Positions 58,982-64,000 of a stretch of DNA of 64,000 nt are shown one piece after another (position 1 is the first letter of the stretch; every line of letters starts with the position of its first letter). The notes under the pieces are model-generated. The model did not search any database and was not told the DNA's origin. It was given only the letters and a program-made list of their open reading frames with translations. The stretch is from the IMG/VR virus record IMGVR_UViG_3300030673_000004, positions 248,001 through 312,000 of that record. One strand, given 5' to 3'. Position numbers and translations under genes: made by a program.

Positions 58982-60029
58982 TGGTAACTATGAAATTTGC
59001 ACCACTACGTGAAGCTCGCCAGGAATCACACAATGTTGAGGAATACAAACTGCTCCCATTCATGTTTGAGTCAGGACCACGCCAGGTCTACAGTAACATG
59101 AATCTGTCCATCATGATTGATGATTACTGCAATGCGAACTGTCAATTCTGTGTAGCTCAACTACGCTACGAAAACCGAGCTAAGCAGTACCAGAAGCCCA
59201 AGATTCACAATGATGACACCTATTTCGCACGTCTGGATGAGATGCTTTCGTTTCTGGCACCGCTCAATCCTAGCATCAGCATCACGGGTGGCGAACCCAG
59301 CAAGTCCCGCAGGCTCCCGCAGATTCTTGAACTTAGCAATAAGCACGGTTACCGCAAGCGGACCCTGACGACGAATGGCAGTGGACTCTTTGATGAACTG
59401 AACGGCAAAACTATGCTGCAGCACATCATTGATAACAAGTTCCAGCACTTGAATATCAGCAAAGCCCACTATGATGAAGAGACCAATCGGCGTATCATGC
59501 AATATGATGCTAGTACCGGATATTGCTCGAATGAAATACTGAGCCGAATTGCAACTTATGCCCTGGCAAACAATCTGCGTCCTCGTATGAGTTGTGTGCT
59601 TCTCAAGAGTGGTATATCTACCCTGGAAGACATGATTCATTATATGGAGTTCTATCAGAGTCTGGGTATGGACAATGTCATCTTTCGTGAGCTCATGGAT
59701 TATGACAAAGTTTCTATGGACAACGCCCCAAAACTAGCGTTCAATCAGGAAAACAAAGTGTATCTTGCTGATCTGTGGAAGCAGCTTGACGGAGATACTC
59801 GGTTCACTCCTGTGCGCAACCTGATGGGCTACTACTATTATGTAGAAGTCTACAAGTATCAGAACGTAGACACATGTGTTCTGAAGGTGCCAACCTTGTC
59901 AAGCTGTACAACGAAAAGGCTAAGCACCCGGAAGTTGTCTACGAGATGGTGTTTCATCCCAATGGCAACCTTAATGGCAGTTGGGTTGATTCCGAAGATA
60001 TTCTTCAGAAATACCAGGGAACTCTGTAA
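58981..60029 (+). CDS. radical SAM protein with apparent frameshift near 59870
   Basis: CNANCQFC, TGGEP, TTNG; a natural-looking C-terminus lies in another frame ending TAA 60029 just before the next RBS. Confidence 0.75.
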
Positions 60030-60040
60030 AAGGACAATAC

Positions 60041-60232
60041 ATGTTTATTGCTGTTGGGCCGTATGCAGAAAACACAAGCGATCAGTTACCCGATGTCATC
60101 ATTGATGTGTGCTCTGATCTTACCTATCAAGAACGCTGCAGGTATACAGAATTAATTGCAGACGCAATCAATAGAGGACTACCTAAAAACTTGTCCAGGG
60201 AAGACTTACAGCCAAAAGTACAAAAAGTTTAA
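60041..60232 (+). CDS. hypothetical protein
   Basis: AAGGA RBS. Confidence 0.6.
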   Translation: MFIAVGPYAENTSDQLPDVIIDVCSDLTYQERCRYTELIADAINRGLPKNLSREDLQPKVQKV

Positions 60233-60234
60233 CC

Positions 60235-60263
60235 TAGACATACGGCAACACATAGGATATATT
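60235..60263 (+). promoter_or_regulatory. sigma70-type promoter for a leaderless gene
   Basis: TAGACA-17-TATATT; ATG at the 7th nt after the -10. Confidence 0.65.
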
Positions 60264-60269
60264 AAGACT

Positions 60270-60677
60270 ATGAAACACCTGAAACAGTGCTCCTTAGATG
60301 AGCTTCACAACTACGACGCTATCACAGCACCTATTGCTAATTTTGTGTCAGCTACGTGGGAAGGTGCTCGTTTCAGTATGCCACGAAATCTCAATGCAGC
60401 AAAAGCGGACATGTGTAATTACGATGAAGAGAAAGTGCAACATACTATTGATGAGGCACTACAGGCATTTCGTGGGGGTCCGGGTGTTACAAATGAAACA
60501 GAGACCCTACTCTCGTGGGAAGAAGCTCTTACTGCACATAGAGTTGCTAACGAGATGGAAATTTGGCCGAGCACACCCATGGAAATCTTGATCAAAACTG
60601 TGTTTACTTTCGGCATGAACGTGGCAGATGAAATTCACCGACGCGAAGCACCACCTAATGAAATAGTAGGCAACTAA
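60270..60677 (+). CDS. hypothetical protein (leaderless)
   Basis: ATG 60270 at the predicted TSS. Confidence 0.65.
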   Translation: MKHLKQCSLDELHNYDAITAPIANFVSATWEGARFSMPRNLNAAKADMCNYDEEKVQHTIDEALQAFRGGPGVTNETETLLSWEEALTAHRVANEMEIWPSTPMEILIKTVFTFGMNVADEIHRREAPPNEIVGN

Positions 60678-60932
60678 ATGTCAGCAGACAAGCACCTGCG
60701 CTGCAAAGGTACGCTTAAAGAATGCACGTATCTCCTTGGGCGATTATATGCTTACCTAGTTGATAAGCTAAAGAACCCAAAGAGCAGTCAAGACGATTAT
60801 GAGTACGGCCTAGATTTCTACAAGTCACGAAAGGACTCAAGCAAATGTTGCCTAATTAAATACTACTATGATGGTCCTATTTGGATCTTTCGTATTTTCA
60901 AATACACACTAAGCATTCATTTGTACGACTAA
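60678..60932 (+). CDS. hypothetical protein
   Basis: immediately follows upstream stop. Confidence 0.55.
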   Translation: MSADKHLRCKGTLKECTYLLGRLYAYLVDKLKNPKSSQDDYEYGLDFYKSRKDSSKCCLIKYYYDGPIWIFRIFKYTLSIHLYD

Positions 60933-60945
60933 CAGTAGGCAGAGT

Positions 60946-61485
60946 ATGTCTAATAAAATTGTAGTCATCCTATATAATAACAGCAGTATCTTCATTAAGA
61001 TTGAAAAGTATTTTTGCTCCAACGAGCAAACGGCTGTGGGTCTACTCCAAGAACTAACTGAGCAGCTCGCTAAAATCTCTTTTGCGAATCTCAGTGTCGC
61101 CTTTTGGTCCTCATCTGATATATGGGCAGGTCCCACATTTGGACAAGCAGAACTGAAATTTCTACCGGCTGATCACATCTTTGATGACCTCATATATCCG
61201 GTGCGTGCTGTCTACGCACTATACAGTGACTATATAAGTAGATACAAGCAAGCACAACTAGGGATTTGGCCGCGAGTACACCCAAGCGTCAAGAGCGCTA
61301 CTATAGAACAGCAGGCAGAGGCGGAACGGATGAACGTACTCCTATATGAAACTGCGCTCAACAATTACTTCAGAGAAGTGCAAATCCTAGTAGATATCTT
61401 GAAGATACCTTCACTTGAAAAGCATTTTGATTGGATGTCTAAAGAGGATTTCAACAAGTTCATGAATGCACCAAACCCAGGATAG
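60946..61485 (+). CDS. hypothetical protein
   Basis: 179-aa ORF. Confidence 0.65.
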   Translation: MSNKIVVILYNNSSIFIKIEKYFCSNEQTAVGLLQELTEQLAKISFANLSVAFWSSSDIWAGPTFGQAELKFLPADHIFDDLIYPVRAVYALYSDYISRYKQAQLGIWPRVHPSVKSATIEQQAEAERMNVLLYETALNNYFREVQILVDILKIPSLEKHFDWMSKEDFNKFMNAPNPG

Positions 61486-61761
61486 GATAGCAATGCGACA
61501 GATACGTGTCCCGGACTAGTAGGTCATACCCAGGATTGGAATATAATCCACGAAGCTATCCAATCCATTGACTTTGACTCTGACTCTGAATATACTAAAC
61601 AAAATAAACCACCAAAAGCACGAGCAGAAATAGGTGAAAATCTTTAAGTTGCCCAGAATTTAACTGAGTTAGGTTTCAAGAAAGATGAAGAAGGTGCTTG
61701 GTGATGTGATACCTAGTGTCAAACGCAATAATCTCTCTTTAGACAGCTAACGAGGGGATCT

Positions 61762-62862
61762 ATGCCTGACACCAACGTAAAAGAACTAACTGAAACTGCT
61801 CTAGACTCTAATTTAGAGTCGCAGAGCACAGACCGCATCTCTCAGTACAAGCTCCTTCTGGGAGATAAGATTGTAAAAGAGATCAGCCAATCCTTGGGTG
61901 AAGAAGGTACCAAAAAGTTTCTTGAATTACACGCAAAGTTTGACAGCCTATTAGACCAGCACCCAGAACTTGACATCATTAACGTTGTATCTGTTGATGA
62001 CATAGGTGAGTACTCATCCTTCACAGAATATACAGCATTTTTACGTAAGCTGTACACTAAACTAAATGCTACAGCCAATTCAGCTAATAACAAAGCAGAT
62101 AAAAATAGTGCTGTTAATCAGATTGTAGATGTCTTAAGTGATATGCTTGATCTAGCAGGTCAATCAGGTGACACAGCCGTAGCCTCCGCATCATCAGCAG
62201 CATTTATAGAAAAGATCTTTGCGCCACTAATCAAAGTACCACTCACTACTCGTGAGAAAACAATTCTACCAAAGACCTACCCGGACTATGTTGAAATTGC
62301 TCGCTATGTTCATAGCAGAGCAGAACAGGCAGAATTTAATACCTGGCTATTAAATAAGTTAAATGGTATTGTGAAATGTGGACTAGAGCGGTTAGCCGAC
62401 CAAAAGAATATCATGGAAGAAACCCGTGATACATTAGGACCCAAAGACTACCTAGTTGAGCTTCAGAAGTATCTAATGGACAACGAATGGATTGGATACA
62501 GCAAAAATGAAGTAAAAGAAGCTATAGCAGCCACAAAAGAAATCACACGTGCTGGTTATACCACAAATGTTGATATAGCCAAAGGAAAACAAGTAATACA
62601 GCTAGACATTGATGCACTCAAGAGCCATGCATACTTGTATCTAGGTGCCACGCTTGACTCCGAGCTACGTAAAGCCATTTATCGGCTTGCTGACAGTGTC
62701 AACAAGAACTACAATATTGAGGGCGGTGCCGCTGGTATGGATGTGCTTATGGCAGCTTCCGCTGTCTATATTCAGGATTTCGCTCGCCAGTGGCTCACAA
62801 AGCTGATCAAGGTGTTCAACGACATTGATTTTGATGCTGAAAAGACAAGCAAGAAGCCTTGA
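61762..62862 (+). CDS. hypothetical helical protein
   Basis: GAGGGG RBS, 366 aa. Confidence 0.8.
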   Translation: MPDTNVKELTETALDSNLESQSTDRISQYKLLLGDKIVKEISQSLGEEGTKKFLELHAKFDSLLDQHPELDIINVVSVDDIGEYSSFTEYTAFLRKLYTKLNATANSANNKADKNSAVNQIVDVLSDMLDLAGQSGDTAVASASSAAFIEKIFAPLIKVPLTTREKTILPKTYPDYVEIARYVHSRAEQAEFNTWLLNKLNGIVKCGLERLADQKNIMEETRDTLGPKDYLVELQKYLMDNEWIGYSKNEVKEAIAATKEITRAGYTTNVDIAKGKQVIQLDIDALKSHAYLYLGATLDSELRKAIYRLADSVNKNYNIEGGAAGMDVLMAASAVYIQDFARQWLTKLIKVFNDIDFDAEKTSKKP

Positions 62863-62947
62863 CATAAGCACAAAAATAAACTATATTGTATCAACCTGCC
62901 TATTTTAGGACGGTTGACCATCCAAGGGCACCGAAAGGTGCCTTTTT
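62859..62947 (+). promoter_or_regulatory. promoter plus structured leader ending in a terminator-like hairpin
   Basis: TTGACA-17-TATATT; TCAACC/GGTTGA stem; GGGCACC-GAAA-GGTGCC-TTTTT. Confidence 0.7.
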
Positions 62948-62960
62948 GTTGAAAGGATTT

Positions 62961-64000
62961 ATGGACAGCAACGACCAAAATAGTAAGGATCTGGATAAGG
63001 TTGGCTCTTCTGTGCGCACAGTAGACGGTATTGTATCTGTTACTAACCAAAGTGCAGCAGCAGCAGCCGATCCAACCCTGGCATCGCTCCGGAATAAGAT
63101 CAAGCAGGTATTAGACGCAAACGTACCCGGCGAAAAAGACATGACAGACGAGCAAAAACAAGCCTTTGATGCCCTGTTGGAAAAACCGCAGTATCGTATG
63201 CTCAGCCTCAAAGGTGACGGCCTGTATGTAACCATTGCTACTTTAATCTACGGGAAGTATGCCAAGCTTTCAGGTACGCAGGAATCCGGACTATTCGTAC
63301 ACCTGCTGTGTCTCCCATACGTCTCCGGCTCTACGGCTAACAGCACTATCAAGAGTATCACCAGTATGGCAGATATGCTTGAAGCCGACCTCAAGCCTGC
63401 ACTCCCAAAGTCCCGTTTTAAGATTATCGACACGATCTGCACGTTACTTCGTGATGGCGCAACAGACCTGTCAAGCCTTCTCACAGATCAAGAAATTGCT
63501 ACCGAGATCCAGAAGGAACTGAATCGGAAGACCTCGTCCCTCGCCAATCCACTAAAAAACACATGGGCATTTAGTGCATACACCGTTTTGACAGAACTAC
63601 TGGAAACTAAAATGGGTGTTGACGAGAAGTTTCAGAAAGCCGTCACTGCATTTGTACGGGGTATCGTTACTTTCTACACACAACTGCAGCGAGCCATTTC
63701 GGCTATTGACTTCCCGGATGCCAGTGACAATGACTTTACCTATGAAACAACGGAGTTGTTCAGCGCTGTTAATGAACTAAACGCACAGATCACTACAAAC
63801 CCGGACGAATCAAAGGTCACAGCAACTCTCGCATCTGCTATTCTAGAGCACCGCAAAACAATTAAGGGACTCTGGGCAGATCAAGAATGGCTGCAAATTC
63901 CTTTTCTGGTACCTACACAAGTTGCTGCGTTCAAGACGCAGTACACTAAAGATCTTCTTGCCATGCAGCAAGAGTGTCTGCGTATTTCTGCCTCAGACAC
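62961..64000 (+). CDS. large hypothetical protein, truncated by window end
   Basis: AAAGGA RBS; MDSNDQNSKD... stays open to the window end. Confidence 0.8.
   Translation, partial: MDSNDQNSKDLDKVGSSVRTVDGIVSVTNQSAAAAADPTLASLRNKIKQVLDANVPGEKDMTDEQKQAFDALLEKPQYRMLSLKGDGLYVTIATLIYGKYAKLSGTQESGLFVHLLCLPYVSGSTANSTIKSITSMADMLEADLKPALPKSRFKIIDTICTLLRDGATDLSSLLTDQEIATEIQKELNRKTSSLANPLKNTWAFSAYTVLTELLETKMGVDEKFQKAVTAFVRGIVTFYTQLQRAISAIDFPDASDNDFTYETTELFSAVNELNAQITTNPDESKVTATLASAILEHRKTIKGLWADQEWLQIPFLVPTQVAAFKTQYTKDLLAMQQECLRISASD

Noticed and set aside
61493-61705. Intact gene between 61485 and 61762
   Set aside because: Protein-like text but interrupted by stops and a frame change; probably a decayed remnant, not supportable as a CDS
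1-64000. tRNA genes, integrase or transposase
   Set aside because: No T-arm/cloverleaf or recombinase/transposase motifs noticed by eye; tRNAscan-SE and HMM searches would be needed to exclude them

Overview
This 64-kb window looks like part of a large (jumbo-like) tailed dsDNA phage genome. It is gene-dense, mostly on the + strand and uses the standard code. I see no tRNA, rRNA, CRISPR or transposase. Regions in order: (i) 1.4-17 kb: a DUF2829/Tad2-like fusion, then probable late/virion genes, including two ADP-ribosyltransferase-like proteins, two HExxH zincins, a RelE/Gp49-like nuclease, large acidic proteins, a LamG-like tail protein and a gp25-like baseplate protein. Several share N-terminal leaders and recurring [VAI]-x-A-[AS] motifs. 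An Fst-like small toxin lies antisense among them. (ii) 17.6-41.3 kb: small early/accessory genes behind near-consensus sigma70 promoters. They include two tandem arrays sharing short motifs, DUF488, a broken BCS1-like AAA ATPase, an RlmN-like radical SAM and NADAR. (iii) 41.36-41.71 kb (- strand): a ~350-nt promoter- and terminator-bounded, multi-pseudoknot ncRNA candidate. (iv) 43-57 kb: a fibre module with three nearly proline-free collagen-like proteins (one ~2000 aa, one fused to CBM11-like and GH8 domains), a patatin and a GT2-methyltransferase. (v) 57.4-58.2 kb: a ~770-nt ornate ncRNA candidate with a perfect 30-nt internal repeat, followed by two radical SAM genes. The strongest leads are the two ornate ncRNAs, the collagen-tethered GH8 glucanase and the putative packaged effector cassette. 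All family calls come from motif recognition by eye, not database searches.
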